Positions 19,329 through 28,833 of a stretch of 64,000 bases of DNA are shown in pieces. Position 1 is the first letter of the stretch. Each line of letters starts with the position of its first letter. Both the position numbers and the translations under genes were made by a program. The notes under the pieces were generated by a model. The model was not told the origin of the DNA. It saw nothing but the letters and a program-made list of their open reading frames with translations, and did no database searches. Origin of the DNA: Dehalococcoidia bacterium (lineage in GTDB: Bacteria > Chloroflexota > Dehalococcoidia > UBA2979); contig OZ253555.1 in assembly GCA_965262725.1 (NCBI GenBank), positions 64,001 through 128,000 of the forward strand. Reading direction: 5' to 3'.

Positions 19329-19741
19329 TCGAGAAGGCGGGGTTGCTCGATCGGTATGTCGAGGAATACGAGCGAAATCCGCAGTACGTCGCTGAGGGCT
19401 TGGCGATCGACCTGCTGGAGAATGCCATCTTCATCATGCAACAGAAGAAGCTCACACGAGCGGAGGTCGCACGGCGTATGGGCATCTCGCGCTCCGCTGT
19501 GAGTCAACTCTTTGGGCGGGGTAGCCATAACCTGACTCTGCTCACAATGGCAAAACTGGCCGATGCCATTGGCTCGGAGTTCCGCTGCTACGTCGACGAC
19601 CGCGTGCTTGGCGAATCGCTGCGTGCGCCCGCTCCGGTGCCGGACGACAGCTTCGGATTCATCGAGCGATTCATGGTCGAGATGGAAGGGACCGACGATG
19701 CCCCGGTTCAGGACCCTACAGCAGTCGCGGCTGCAGCCTGA
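19325..19741 (+). CDS. XRE-HTH antitoxin with C-terminal extension (ChAD-like)
   Basis: LTRAEVARRMGISRSAVSQLF...NLTLLTM, then a ~50 aa tail ending AVAAAA; GTGA overlap. Confidence 0.9.
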   Translation: MIEKAGLLDRYVEEYERNPQYVAEGLAIDLLENAIFIMQQKKLTRAEVARRMGISRSAVSQLFGRGSHNLTLLTMAKLADAIGSEFRCYVDDRVLGESLRAPAPVPDDSFGFIERFMVEMEGTDDAPVQDPTAVAAAA

Positions 19742-20162
19742 CTTCTTCTGGGTCGACCGGTTCAGCTTCGAGACGCGCCCCGATCGCCAGGAGCGTGCCG
19801 GGAAGGCCGTGGGCGTCAAGGCAAACATCCAGTTCAAGGGGAGCGCCGATGACGAGGCTGGCGTTCTCGTCCGACTGGCTCTCGAGAGCTCCACGTCCAA
19901 GCATGATGGCTCGCCCTACGACTTCGCACTGGATGTCGGCGCCGTCTTCAAGATCGCGAACGATGATGACCCAGTTTCGCGGCGCCGACTGATCCGCTAC
20001 AACGCACCCGCTGTCTTGTATGGCCTCGCCAGGGGCTATGTGGCGTCGGCCACCGCGATGGGGCTGACCCTACCGCTCATGCTGCCGTCCGTTGATCTTG
20101 TTGAATTCCTGAGCCCGCGACCCGCGTTGGAAGAGCGGGCGAGCGAAGCCCCAGTCCCATAG
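19698..20162 (+). CDS. SecB-like chaperone of the TAC operon
   Basis: PYDFALDVGAVF...NAPAVLYGLARGYVASAT...PLMLPSVDL. Confidence 0.88.
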   Translation: MPRFRTLQQSRLQPDFFWVDRFSFETRPDRQERAGKAVGVKANIQFKGSADDEAGVLVRLALESSTSKHDGSPYDFALDVGAVFKIANDDDPVSRRRLIRYNAPAVLYGLARGYVASATAMGLTLPLMLPSVDLVEFLSPRPALEERASEAPVP

Positions 20163-20194
20163 CCTCGGTCGACCCCCACGCGCTTCGGCTCGCG

Positions 20195-20265
20195 GCGTGC
20201 CACCGGGCATGACCATCAGTTCGGGCAACTGAGGGTCGCGGGTTCGAATCCTTCCCGGCGCGCCA
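20195..20265 (+). repeat. tRNA-Arg 3'-half/att-like site (best preserved)
   Basis: GCGTGCCACCGGGCATGACCA-TCAGT-TCGGGCA-ACTGAGGGTCGCGGGTTCGAATCCTTCCCGGCGCGCCA; 42/43 outside the loop, 2/7 in the loop. Confidence 0.97.
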
Positions 20266-20406
20266 CCCTCCGCTGCGGGGGGGGGGGGGGCAGACTCCAC
20301 CGAGCTAGGCACCGGGCGGTCGGGGGTAGACGTGTGAGTTCCGGCGCTGACAGCGACAGCCCTTGGGCCAACCGGAATGCGCGGCGTCGCGAGATCGCCC
20401 GCAGCA

Positions 20407-21423
20407 TCAGTGCCCATTGGCCCTCGCTTGAAGGTCCGCGCACCGTCTCATGAGATCGTCGAACGACTCGGCACTCTCGAGCAGCATGCCGTCGCTCACC
20501 ATCCTGGCGTAGTCGTCGGCTAACGCGTCGTACGCAGAGCCGTCCGGCACGAGTTGCAGGTCCCCCGCGACCGCCGCCTCGTAGTCGATCACGTTCCCCT
20601 TGGCGTCGTTCGCCCGGTAGAACATCGACTTGTGCCGTGCAACCGCCATCGCGAGCGACCGGTCGGCGAGCGCGGCCCATCCATAGCCAGCATCATCCAA
20701 CCGCACGAGGTCGTGCCAGTGCCGGGAGAGACGCCCGCCCCGCTGTCGCTGCTGGCGGCAGAAGACGTGTACGGCCGTCGCCTTCTCCCAGAATGTACGC
20801 TCGGCCAACATCACGAAGACGCGGACCGAGGGGAACGCGACTTCCGATATCTCTGCGGCTGCGTCGCACTCGATTGCACGCGCCTCGCGAGGCTCACCGC
20901 TTGAGCGGGCACCGAACTCCACCAGCACCTCGGGCTTTACGAACCCGGACCCCGCGACCAGCGGCGTGTAGTTGACGAATATGCGGTCTCCGTCAGCACG
21001 AAGCTGAACCGCCAGACCGGCCCGGCGCAGTCCCGTATCGACAGCCGGCAACGCATGCTCCTTCACCCACCCCGGCAGCCGCCGCCTGATCTCCCGCGTC
21101 CAGCGTCCCTCCTGGCTGCGGATGGCGGGAAGCGCCTCGTCGTCACCGCCCGCCACCAGGTCAGGCGCGAAGGCGCGGATGTCGAACGTCATGTCGAGGT
21201 CTTCCGAGAACCGTCGAATCGCGTGATACGCCTTCGACAACGAGGTGCCGCCCTTGAAGGTCAGGTGCTCGCCAAACGGCGCTTCTGTGAGCGTCTGCAA
21301 CGTCCGGACGACCCAGATGTCCTTCTCCAGCAGATGCGCGGGGCGCCCGCTGCGGCTGGATGCGACCTCCAACGTGTCACGCCGGTCATCGTCCGAGAGC
21401 GATTGGAACGAGGGGCTATCCAT
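20407..21423 (-). CDS. abiEii: AbiEii/AbiGii nucleotidyltransferase toxin
   Basis: LEKDIWV, FKGGTSLSK, RFSEDLD, ERTFWEKAT, RHWHD. Confidence 0.95.
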   Translation of the reverse strand: MDSPSFQSLSDDDRRDTLEVASSRSGRPAHLLEKDIWVVRTLQTLTEAPFGEHLTFKGGTSLSKAYHAIRRFSEDLDMTFDIRAFAPDLVAGGDDEALPAIRSQEGRWTREIRRRLPGWVKEHALPAVDTGLRRAGLAVQLRADGDRIFVNYTPLVAGSGFVKPEVLVEFGARSSGEPREARAIECDAAAEISEVAFPSVRVFVMLAERTFWEKATAVHVFCRQQRQRGGRLSRHWHDLVRLDDAGYGWAALADRSLAMAVARHKSMFYRANDAKGNVIDYEAAVAGDLQLVPDGSAYDALADDYARMVSDGMLLESAESFDDLMRRCADLQARANGH

Positions 21424-22012
21424 TGGCAAGCAGGGCGCTCACCGGCTCGGCGATCCAAGCTGGCATCACAGCGCGCGCCGCCGCCAACTCCTCAACGTCC
21501 TGGTGCGAGAGCCTGCGCTGGATTGCCTCCAGGCTTGTCTCCACTTCCTCGGGGCCCAACCAGGCCAGCGCCCGCACGGCGTCGCCTGCGGGCCGGTGGG
21601 GTGCCACCAGCTGCCACCGGGGAGCATGACGCAGTGCGACCGTCACTTCGCCGAATTTCAATCGCCGGTCGGGGCCCGATGTCAGGTAGACCGACCGCAC
21701 AGGGACCTGCGTGGTGAGGCCGAGCGCATTCGCCTCGGCGCCGCCGCAGGGAACGATCGTCTCTCCCCGGAGCTTCGACAGCGACGCGATCACCTTGTCG
21801 ACGGCAGGCGGTCGCGGACCGAAGCGGGTTGCGATGGGCGTGACGTACATTCCCTGGCAGAGCCGCAGCAGGCGTCCGTTGCGGGTCAGACGGGACAGCG
21901 CCTGGTCGATCGCCGTTCTGCTCCCCAGATGTAGCAGTGACTTCGGGTGCAGCACGGTGCCTTCGGGTAGGTCCGAAGCGTATTCTAGTAGGAGTTGCGG
22001 CAGGCTTCTCAT
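21416..22012 (-). CDS. abiEi: AbiEi-type antitoxin (DUF6088)
   Basis: AIDQALSRL...GMY...ANALGLTTQVP...YLTSG; overlaps the toxin start. Confidence 0.9.
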   Translation of the reverse strand: MRSLPQLLLEYASDLPEGTVLHPKSLLHLGSRTAIDQALSRLTRNGRLLRLCQGMYVTPIATRFGPRPPAVDKVIASLSKLRGETIVPCGGAEANALGLTTQVPVRSVYLTSGPDRRLKFGEVTVALRHAPRWQLVAPHRPAGDAVRALAWLGPEEVETSLEAIQRRLSHQDVEELAAARAVMPAWIAEPVSALLANG

Positions 22013-22032
22013 GGTCACGTCGATCCGCTTGA

Positions 22033-22060
22033 TGTCAGTAAGATATGGTGATTTCTGACG
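22033..22060. promoter_or_regulatory. Inverted repeat, likely abiE autoregulatory operator
   Basis: GTCAGTAA-N10-TTTCTGAC just upstream of abiEi. Confidence 0.55.
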
Positions 22061-22184
22061 CATCTCAAGCCCCGGGTCTCTCGCCATGCTTCCCCCGCCC
22101 AACTCCCAAGCAGGATCACGGAGCGGCGGGAGTCCTCACACCAGCACTCCCGAGGTGCCCGAGGTACAGACGACATCCGCGAGC

Positions 22185-22300
22185 GGGGACCACGCCAAGG
22201 CACGACGAGCGCCGCCCGGCCGCTCTCGGCCGAGCACTTCACGGTGGGCGGGACGCTGCTGGAGACCTGGGCCTCGCTCAAGAGCTACCGCCCGAAACAG
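22185..22300 (+). pseudogene. IS5-family transposase remnant
   Basis: LSAEHFTVGGTLLETWASLKSYRPK matches the LSDEHFSVDGTLIEAWASxKSFRPK pattern, with the catalytic D lost. Confidence 0.75.
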
Positions 22301-22850
22301 CTCCCGTCGGCCCTAGTCGCACTTCGCTGGTGCACGCATCGCACGTCTGCTCGTGAAGCCGGCGCTCCAGGGCGAGCGACTCGTCGGACCATTCCCGGGG
22401 TTGCGGCTCGCCGGGCATCCGCAGCGCGAGGTTGCTCCGCGCCGCCCGGGCGCCGAGCTCGGCGGCGACCTTGATGGCGGTCACCTTGTAGTGGCGCGAC
22501 AGCAGGTACGCCTCATCCATCGTCAGCGCGCAGCCGCCGCCCGCGCCGTACCGCTCGACGAGTCCGTAGAAGTGGCGCCAGAACCGGCGCGAGTGGTGCT
22601 CCGTCGGCGGCAGCACAAGGTGCGCGAGCTCGTGGAGGAGTGTCGACGTGAGGGCAGCATGGCCGCGGTCCGAGGCTGCACGGATCACGATGCGGCGACG
22701 GCGAGGTTCCGCCCAGCTCTTCGGCCTCGAATCGCCCCAGTGCCACTCGATGCGGCAGTGGTACGGGTAGTCCGCGTCGTCCAGCACCCGGTGCGACAAG
22801 GCCTGCGCCCACTCGGGCGTCGGTAGCATGGGGAAGAAGATGTCGGCCAT
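22278..22850 (-). CDS. SprT/YgjP-like zinc metalloprotease-like protein (copy A)
   Basis: LLHELAHLVLPPTEHHSRRFW (HExxH...H..F). Confidence 0.75.
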   Translation of the reverse strand: MADIFFPMLPTPEWAQALSHRVLDDADYPYHCRIEWHWGDSRPKSWAEPRRRRIVIRAASDRGHAALTSTLLHELAHLVLPPTEHHSRRFWRHFYGLVERYGAGGGCALTMDEAYLLSRHYKVTAIKVAAELGARAARSNLALRMPGEPQPREWSDESLALERRLHEQTCDACTSEVRLGPTGAVSGGSS

Positions 22851-23107
22851 CGCCCGCGCAGTCTGCACCAACCTCGGCGCTGAGGCCCACTGGCGATACG
22901 ATCACCCCTAGACGGTGTAGCCGATCATGAACATCGCCGACTGGAGCGCGCGCCGGCGTTCGCAGCGGCGGCGCATCCGAGCGCGAGGAGTTGTCTCTCG
23001 GCTACCGGTTGGTTGTGGCCAAAGCGACGTGAGGGCGTCGCTCCGCTGAACGACGTGGCGCCCGCATTGACGCTTCAGGGAGTCCGGTCGCTGCCTCTAC
23101 TCCCACC

Positions 23108-23821
23108 TCACAGCTCCACCCAGTATCCCCGAGCCGCGAAGAAGAACATGAGCCCGCCGGTCCAGACGGCATGACTCCACGTATGAGTCCGCAGCCGAAA
23201 CCATACGGCGAGGGAGAAGAGGAAGACCACCGCCCCAGTGGCGAGCAGGACAAACTCCAGGCCAACCTTGTCCCGAAAGTCGGGCTCCAGCCACTGTGGG
23301 AACGCGAGAGTGGCGATGCCCAGGAGGATCGGTGACGCCATGGCACCCGCCATCGCCGCGGTCAGCCGCGGATACAGGACCGCTCCGGCGTACGCAACGG
23401 ACGCAAGGAGGACCGCGCCCAGGAGGCGCTCCATCACGGCGGCGACCGTCCATTCAGCAATCTTAGGGTGGAACCACGCCGAGACGAGATACCACGCCAG
23501 GGCCACTAGGATGACCGAGCAGAGAAACGGGAGCCAGGACGCACCGCGCCCGGAGGCGAGTGCCGCGAACCGTCCAAGCCGAGGGCGCGTCAGCAAGCCG
23601 ACGACCGCGCCCAGCGGGAAGAGCGCCAGTTCGATTCCCTCCCGTCCTACTGGACCAGACGAACCAGATTGGGAGAGATAGAAGTACGGCGTGAGGGGTG
23701 AGATCAGAACCGGAGAGATGAGAAGGACCGTCAGTGCGAGCATGGCGGCGATCACCACCGCGATGAGCAGGATTAATCCGCACCGCTCAACTATGGGTTT
23801 CGGCTCGGAGGAGTCGTTCAT
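23108..23821 (-). CDS. Multi-pass membrane hypothetical protein
   Basis: ~7 hydrophobic segments; starts MNDSSEPKP. Confidence 0.75.
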   Translation of the reverse strand: MNDSSEPKPIVERCGLILLIAVVIAAMLALTVLLISPVLISPLTPYFYLSQSGSSGPVGREGIELALFPLGAVVGLLTRPRLGRFAALASGRGASWLPFLCSVILVALAWYLVSAWFHPKIAEWTVAAVMERLLGAVLLASVAYAGAVLYPRLTAAMAGAMASPILLGIATLAFPQWLEPDFRDKVGLEFVLLATGAVVFLFSLAVWFRLRTHTWSHAVWTGGLMFFFAARGYWVEL

Positions 23822-23848
23822 CTCTTCGTTCCCGTGTGCACACATCCT

Positions 23849-23896
23849 GTCGATATGGATGTGGCTCATGAAGACGTTACGGACTTCGTCGGGCAC
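23849..23896 (-). pseudogene. N-terminal stump of a TIR-like (DUF1863/ThsB-type) gene
   Basis: GAGGAGG RBS followed by GTG PDEVRNVFMSHIH, overlapping the end of higA. Confidence 0.5.
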
Positions 23897-25091
23897 TCTG
23901 CGCCTCCTCAAACTGTTGCCGGACCTTGCCGGTCCCGACCAGCTGCGAGAGGAGCCGGTAGTTGCCTGACTCGTGGCGCAGCCTGCCGGCGACGATCGCG
24001 GGATGGATGCCCACGGAGTTTGCAAAATAGATCACGTTCAGGGTGGCAGGCTCCAGCGAGATCCCGCTCCCCTCCCACTGGTCGCGCGGAATGAGCGCGT
24101 CCTGCGCCCACTCGTCGGCCTCGGCTTCGCGGGCGTCGTCGCCGGGCAGGTCTAGGTCGTCGACGAACCCCTCGGGGCGGCCGTCAAAGTGGCGGCCGAT
24201 GTGAGCGAGCTCATGCATCAAGCAGAACCAGAAGTTGTCGATGCGGTCGTAGCGCAGGGTCAGACCGATGACGGATGGCTTCCCCGGCAGCCTGAAGACG
24301 GCGCCGTCGAGGTGCGTTCTCGGGAGGTGGCGTTCCACCCGCAGCGCAATCCCGTGCTCGGCGAGGAAGTCCCTCGCCTGCACCGGTCCGTCTTCCGACT
24401 GGCTCAGTCGCGCGACATCCCGCAGGAAGTCGGGGGTGACGGCCCCGGGCTCGTATGGAGCGCTCGGGGGGGCGTCGTTCGCGGAGGCGAGTACCTGCCA
24501 GCACCAGGCTCGCAGAGCGTAGGGGTCGGTCTTGGCGTTGATGCGCTGGTGGTCGTTCTTCCGATACATCGGGACCGCAACGAGGGCGTCGCGGCCACCG
24601 GCGCGGTCGAGCAGGCCGGCCACCAGCTCGCTCGCTTGCCCCTTCAGGTCGGCAACGTCGGGGAGCCAGGCGCGCTTCACCATCTCCTTCAAGGGGAAGC
24701 GGTCGGCGTCGAGGCCGGCGTCGTCGGCGGGCGCCGGCTTCTGCAGGAGCACCTCGGCGGGGATGCCGAGGTGCTCGTGAAGGGCCCGCGCCATGGACAT
24801 CGTTATCGCACGCCTCCCTGAGAGAACCTCGGAGACCCTGGCGCGGCTCCCCATGTACGGGACGAGGTCACGCTGGCTCAGGCCCCGCTGGTCCATGCAG
24901 AACTCGATGGCGGCGACCGGGTCGGGGTAGCCCATGGGAACGTGCTTGTCCTCATAGACTCCGACAAGGTCGACGAGCACGTCGAGCTCCTCCCCCTCGG
25001 GCGTTCCTTCGCGGGCATCCATGAGCTCCGCAACACGCGCGAGGGCGGCTTCGTAGTCGGCTTCAGTGCGGACGGGCCTCACGTTGACCAT
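23877..25091 (-). CDS. higA: HigA-type HTH antitoxin fused to an ImmA/IrrE metallopeptidase domain
   Basis: RTEADYEAAL...SRARVSEVLSG; RYDRIDNFWFCLMHELAH; EAEADEWA. Confidence 0.93.
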   Translation of the reverse strand: MVNVRPVRTEADYEAALARVAELMDAREGTPEGEELDVLVDLVGVYEDKHVPMGYPDPVAAIEFCMDQRGLSQRDLVPYMGSRARVSEVLSGRRAITMSMARALHEHLGIPAEVLLQKPAPADDAGLDADRFPLKEMVKRAWLPDVADLKGQASELVAGLLDRAGGRDALVAVPMYRKNDHQRINAKTDPYALRAWCWQVLASANDAPPSAPYEPGAVTPDFLRDVARLSQSEDGPVQARDFLAEHGIALRVERHLPRTHLDGAVFRLPGKPSVIGLTLRYDRIDNFWFCLMHELAHIGRHFDGRPEGFVDDLDLPGDDAREAEADEWAQDALIPRDQWEGSGISLEPATLNVIYFANSVGIHPAIVAGRLRHESGNYRLLSQLVGTGKVRQQFEEAQSARRSP

Positions 25092-25093
25092 TG

Positions 25094-25387
25094 CTACACC
25101 TCCCGTGCATCGATGCGGTCGTACTCGACGTGCGTTCCCACGAAGCGGACATACACGATCCGGTACCGATAGTTGATCTCGACGATCAGGCGGTAGTCGT
25201 TGCCTCTGATCTTGAAGACCGCCCGGTTGCCGCCAACGATGCTGGCCTTGGGGAACCTCGCCGTCACCATCGCCGGTGAGTCCCAGTCCTCGCCCTTGAC
25301 GGTGCGGTACCAGGAGCGCAGCGGTTCCGCAGCGTTCGGATGGCTCTCCCAGTAGTCTCGCAGCGTTCGCTTGGCGATGATGCGCAC
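25094..25387 (-). CDS. higB: HigB mRNA interferase toxin
   Basis: MRIIAKRTLRDYW...VFKIRGNDYRLIV...FVGTHVEYDRID. Confidence 0.95.
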   Translation of the reverse strand: MRIIAKRTLRDYWESHPNAAEPLRSWYRTVKGEDWDSPAMVTARFPKASIVGGNRAVFKIRGNDYRLIVEINYRYRIVYVRFVGTHVEYDRIDAREV

Positions 25388-25403
25388 AGGTGAGCCGCTT
25401 CGA

Positions 25404-25416
25404 TCCCATTATGGGA
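25404..25416. promoter_or_regulatory. higBA operator palindrome overlapping the -10 box
   Basis: TCCCA-TTA-TGGGA; reads CATAAT on the minus strand. Confidence 0.65.
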
Positions 25417-25788
25417 CTAAGTATGTACTGATACAAGTGGGATTGTACAACTTCACGCCTGAGTGGGAAACCTCGTGGTGCCTCGTGGCGGCTCGTGGCG
25501 CTGTTGGTCCGAGTGGTGGTCACGTGACAATGTCGCTTGGCTCAAGAGGCTCGGGGCGCTCGATGGAGTTCCCGAACGGGTCGAACGTGCTGGTGCCTCG
25601 GGACGGAGTGGAACCATCAGCCAACGTGAAAGGACGCTATGGGAGGGCGAGAAGTCGATGCCGTCGGAGCAGCACGATCAGTGGAAGCGCGACCTCTTCC
25701 ACTTGGACCGCAACGGGAGCGGTTGTGTCTTGTGCGAGGATGGGCCCTTCGGCTGTGGTGATATTCTTGGCGGACAGTCGTGGGGGCG

Positions 25789-26853
25789 ATGATCCAGAGC
25801 GCCGCGCCCCCGAACAGGGGGCAAGCCACGGATTCTCCTGCTGTGGCCGAGGGTGACGCCGCGGTCATAGTCGAGGGCGTCGCGAAGCGGTTCGGAGAGG
25901 TCGTCGCTCTTGACGGCGTCGATCTCCGTGTCGGTCGGGGATCCGTGCTCGGTTTGCTGGGGCCGAACGGCGCTGGCAAGACGACGCTTGTCCGCATCCT
26001 CACGACACTTCTGGCGGCGGACTCGGGGCGAGCCGTCGTTGCGGGCTACGACGTTGTTCGCGGCGCTTCCGCCCTCCGTCACGTGATCGGATTGGCGGGG
26101 CAGAGCGCCGCCGTGGACGACTACCTCACCGGGCGCGAAAACCTGGAGCTCGTCGCTCGTCTCTATCACCGCCCTAGGCGTGAGGCGCGGCGGCGCGCCG
26201 ACGAGCTCCTCGAGCGTTTCGATCTCGTCGACGCTGGCGGCCGGCAGGCCCGCACATACTCGGGCGGGATGCGCCGCCGCCTTGATCTGGCCGCTAGTCT
26301 CATCTCACAACCGCAGGTCCTGTTCCTGGACGAACCGACGGCTGGCCTCGATCCGCGTAGCCGCGCCGGTCTGTGGGAGGTCATCAAGGGACTGGTCAGC
26401 GAAGGCACGAGCGTGCTGCTGACGACGCAGTACCTCGAGGAAGCCGATGAGCTGGCCGACCGCATCACGGTGATCGACCACGGTCGCGTGCTGGCGGAAG
26501 GGACGGCGGACGATCTGAAGCAGCAGAGCGCGCAGGCGGTGCTTGCCGTGCACGTCGAGCAGCCGGAGCAGCTGGCGGATGCGGTGGCGGTGATTCGACG
26601 CCTGTCGGAGCAAGACCCGGAGATCGAACGGGGCAGAAGGCGGGTCTCGGTTCGTACGTCCCAGGGGTCGTCGCTGATCGTCCGTGCGGTACGTGAACTG
26701 GAGGCGGCCGGCGTGGATGTGGCCGACATCGGGCTGCGCCAGCCGACGTTGGACGAGGTGTTCATGGTCCTCACGGGCCACCACGCCGAGCAACCGGCGA
26801 ATGGTGGCGGGGCTGCACGTCGCGAGTCCGCCGGTGATGGAGGACGTGCGTGA
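25789..26853 (+). CDS. DrrA-type ABC exporter ATP-binding protein
   Basis: GPNGAGKTT, YSGGMRRR, FLDEPT, TTQYLEEAD. Confidence 0.95.
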   Translation: MIQSAAPPNRGQATDSPAVAEGDAAVIVEGVAKRFGEVVALDGVDLRVGRGSVLGLLGPNGAGKTTLVRILTTLLAADSGRAVVAGYDVVRGASALRHVIGLAGQSAAVDDYLTGRENLELVARLYHRPRREARRRADELLERFDLVDAGGRQARTYSGGMRRRLDLAASLISQPQVLFLDEPTAGLDPRSRAGLWEVIKGLVSEGTSVLLTTQYLEEADELADRITVIDHGRVLAEGTADDLKQQSAQAVLAVHVEQPEQLADAVAVIRRLSEQDPEIERGRRRVSVRTSQGSSLIVRAVRELEAAGVDVADIGLRQPTLDEVFMVLTGHHAEQPANGGGAARRESAGDGGRA

Positions 26854-27656
26854 CGTTCGCCAGCACCGTCGCTCCCACCACGGCTGTCGCGTTGAGCAGC
26901 ATCCGCTGGGCGGTGTCCGATTCCCTGTTGATGGCGAGGCGCAATGTCCTGCGCATGAGCCGTAGGCTCGACTACGTCGTCTTCGTGACGATCCAGCCGG
27001 TCATGTTCATCCTCCTGTTCAATTATGTCTTCGGGGGCGCGATAGCCACGCCCACGGAGAACTACGCGGACTTCTTGATCCCCGGCGTGCTCGTGCAGAC
27101 GGTGCTCTTTAGCGCGATGAACACGGGCATAGGACTGGCAGAGGACCTCACCCACGGGATGATCGACCGCTACCGGTCGTTGCCCATGTCACGGGTGGCA
27201 GTGGTAGCCGGCCGCATTCTTGCAGATCTGGCAATCATCGCCATCACCGTCTCGATCATGCTTGTGGTCGGGTACGCCGTCGGATTCCGTCTCCACGGGA
27301 CGCTGATCGAGTCGATGGGCGTCCCGGTGTTCACCGTGCTCTTCAGCATCCCGTTTCTGTGGGTGTCGGCATTCCTCGGCGTCTGGATCCGCAACGTCGA
27401 GACGATGCAAAGCGCCGGCTTCCTGTGGATCTTCCCGCTCACTTTCATCAGCTCCGCGTTCGTTCCCGTGGAGTCGATGCATCCCTGGGTACAAGGCTTC
27501 GCCGAGAGAAACCCGGTGACGATCGCCATCGATGCGGTCCGCGGGTTGTCGGCCGGTGCCGTGGACACGTCGGATCTCTGGCAAACGCTCGCGTGGACGG
27601 TGGTGCTCACGCTGCTCGCCGCTGCTGTGGCCACGAACCGCTACCGGCGGGTCTAG
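26850..27656 (+). CDS. DrrB-type ABC-2 permease
   Basis: QPVMFILLFNYVFGGAI...SSAFVP; GTGA overlap. Confidence 0.93.
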   Translation: MTFASTVAPTTAVALSSIRWAVSDSLLMARRNVLRMSRRLDYVVFVTIQPVMFILLFNYVFGGAIATPTENYADFLIPGVLVQTVLFSAMNTGIGLAEDLTHGMIDRYRSLPMSRVAVVAGRILADLAIIAITVSIMLVVGYAVGFRLHGTLIESMGVPVFTVLFSIPFLWVSAFLGVWIRNVETMQSAGFLWIFPLTFISSAFVPVESMHPWVQGFAERNPVTIAIDAVRGLSAGAVDTSDLWQTLAWTVVLTLLAAAVATNRYRRV

Positions 27657-27900
27657 CCGTCATGTCCGCGCTTGGGCGAGCGGAGCCCGCGTTACCTGTC
27701 CAGGCGGAACGGCCAGCAGGTCCCGGTCGACGACCAGGGTTGGAGACCAGGAAGAACGGCCGGCGTCACCTGCGCTACAGGGGACGGATTGGTCTTCCGC
27801 TCAGCTGAGCGGGCTCTACGTACGGATAGTTCTGGATGAGAAGAGGCCTGGTCCCAATTCCCGCGCGCCGGAACAGCGGGATTGGCATACTGATCGCCCT

Positions 27901-28401
27901 ATGCGACGGCGCCGCAAGTACTACGAGCCTGAGGACCTCGGCCGCGAGCAGGCTCGCCGTGACGCCGCCGACCGCAGCCGGCGGTTCTACGTCTACGCCC
28001 TGAAGACCAACTACGGCCACTACGTCGGCCACACCGCGCATGTGGGGGCACGGCTCCGCCAACACCGTGGCGATGAGGTCGAATCGACGGCTGGAGGCGA
28101 CCCCTCTCTCGTCTGGACGTCCGGGCCGCTTGCCACCCGCAGGGACGCCGCCGCGTTCGAAGCGGCGATGAAGTCGCTTCGCGACCAGCACTCGCCGCGC
28201 TTCGCGGAGATCACGGGCGTCACGCCCATCCCCTGGCGATACGGCCGCCGCCGCGCCGGCTGGCCGGTGCCCGCGTTGCGCCGCGGGACTCGGAGAGCCG
28301 GCCGCAGCCGCCGAAGACGGCGTATGTGGATGGTGATCGTCGTGGCCGCCGTCCTCGTCGGACCTGTCGTCATCGATGCGATTGGCGACGCCCTGTTCTA
28401 A
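27901..28401 (+). CDS. GIY-YIG-like nuclease domain with a C-terminal TM helix
   Basis: FYVYAL...HYVGHT...RLRQH...E; Arg-rich linker; WMVIVVAAVLVG. Confidence 0.75.
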   Translation: MRRRRKYYEPEDLGREQARRDAADRSRRFYVYALKTNYGHYVGHTAHVGARLRQHRGDEVESTAGGDPSLVWTSGPLATRRDAAAFEAAMKSLRDQHSPRFAEITGVTPIPWRYGRRRAGWPVPALRRGTRRAGRSRRRRRMWMVIVVAAVLVGPVVIDAIGDALF

Positions 28402-28507
28402 CCGCCCGGACGAGTCGTGACGTATGCGCTTCCCCATCCGACCCGTGGCTGGGAGCGACACGCAACGAGTCCGAAGCCTCGGTAGACGATTTCCGCTGCG
28501 GTGATCA

Positions 28508-28570
28508 GCCACCCGGGACCTCAGATTCATGGACTGGGTGTTGGCGGTTCGAGGCCATGCCGGCCGCTCG
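28508..28570 (+). repeat. Eroded tRNA-Arg 3'-half/att-like site
   Basis: GCCACCCGGGACC-TCAGA-TTCATGG-ACTGG-GTGTT-GGCGG-TTCGAGG-CCATG-CCGGC; 28/43 gapless. Confidence 0.6.
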
Positions 28571-28833
28571 GGGCCCGGCACCGAGCCCTGACGCTCCCAA
28601 AGGGGCGCCGCCCGCTTCTCACGAGGCTGATGCGGGTACTGCTACGTCGCCTCGCACGAGGCTCTTCGCAGCACACCAGCTCCCGGCCGTCCGTGACGGC
28701 GCAGCTGCGCATTGCACTCCCGCCTTCCCGGACGTGCGGTGCCTGCCCTCGGACGTGCCGCCGCGAGTGTGGTTCCGCAGCACTCACTTCGACGTAGCGC
28801 CTCTACGGCCGGGTGGGTCGCGTGGATCGCATC

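Larger units (their letters stand above)
22168..22900 (+). repeat. ~730 bp direct repeat, copy A (IS5 remnant + SprT-like gene)
   Basis: Near-identical to ~29250-29983. Confidence 0.95.

Noticed and set aside
20277-20290. G14 run as a phase-variation tract or G-quadruplex
   Set aside because: Intergenic and can pair with the preceding CCCTCC; its length is unreliable without reads.
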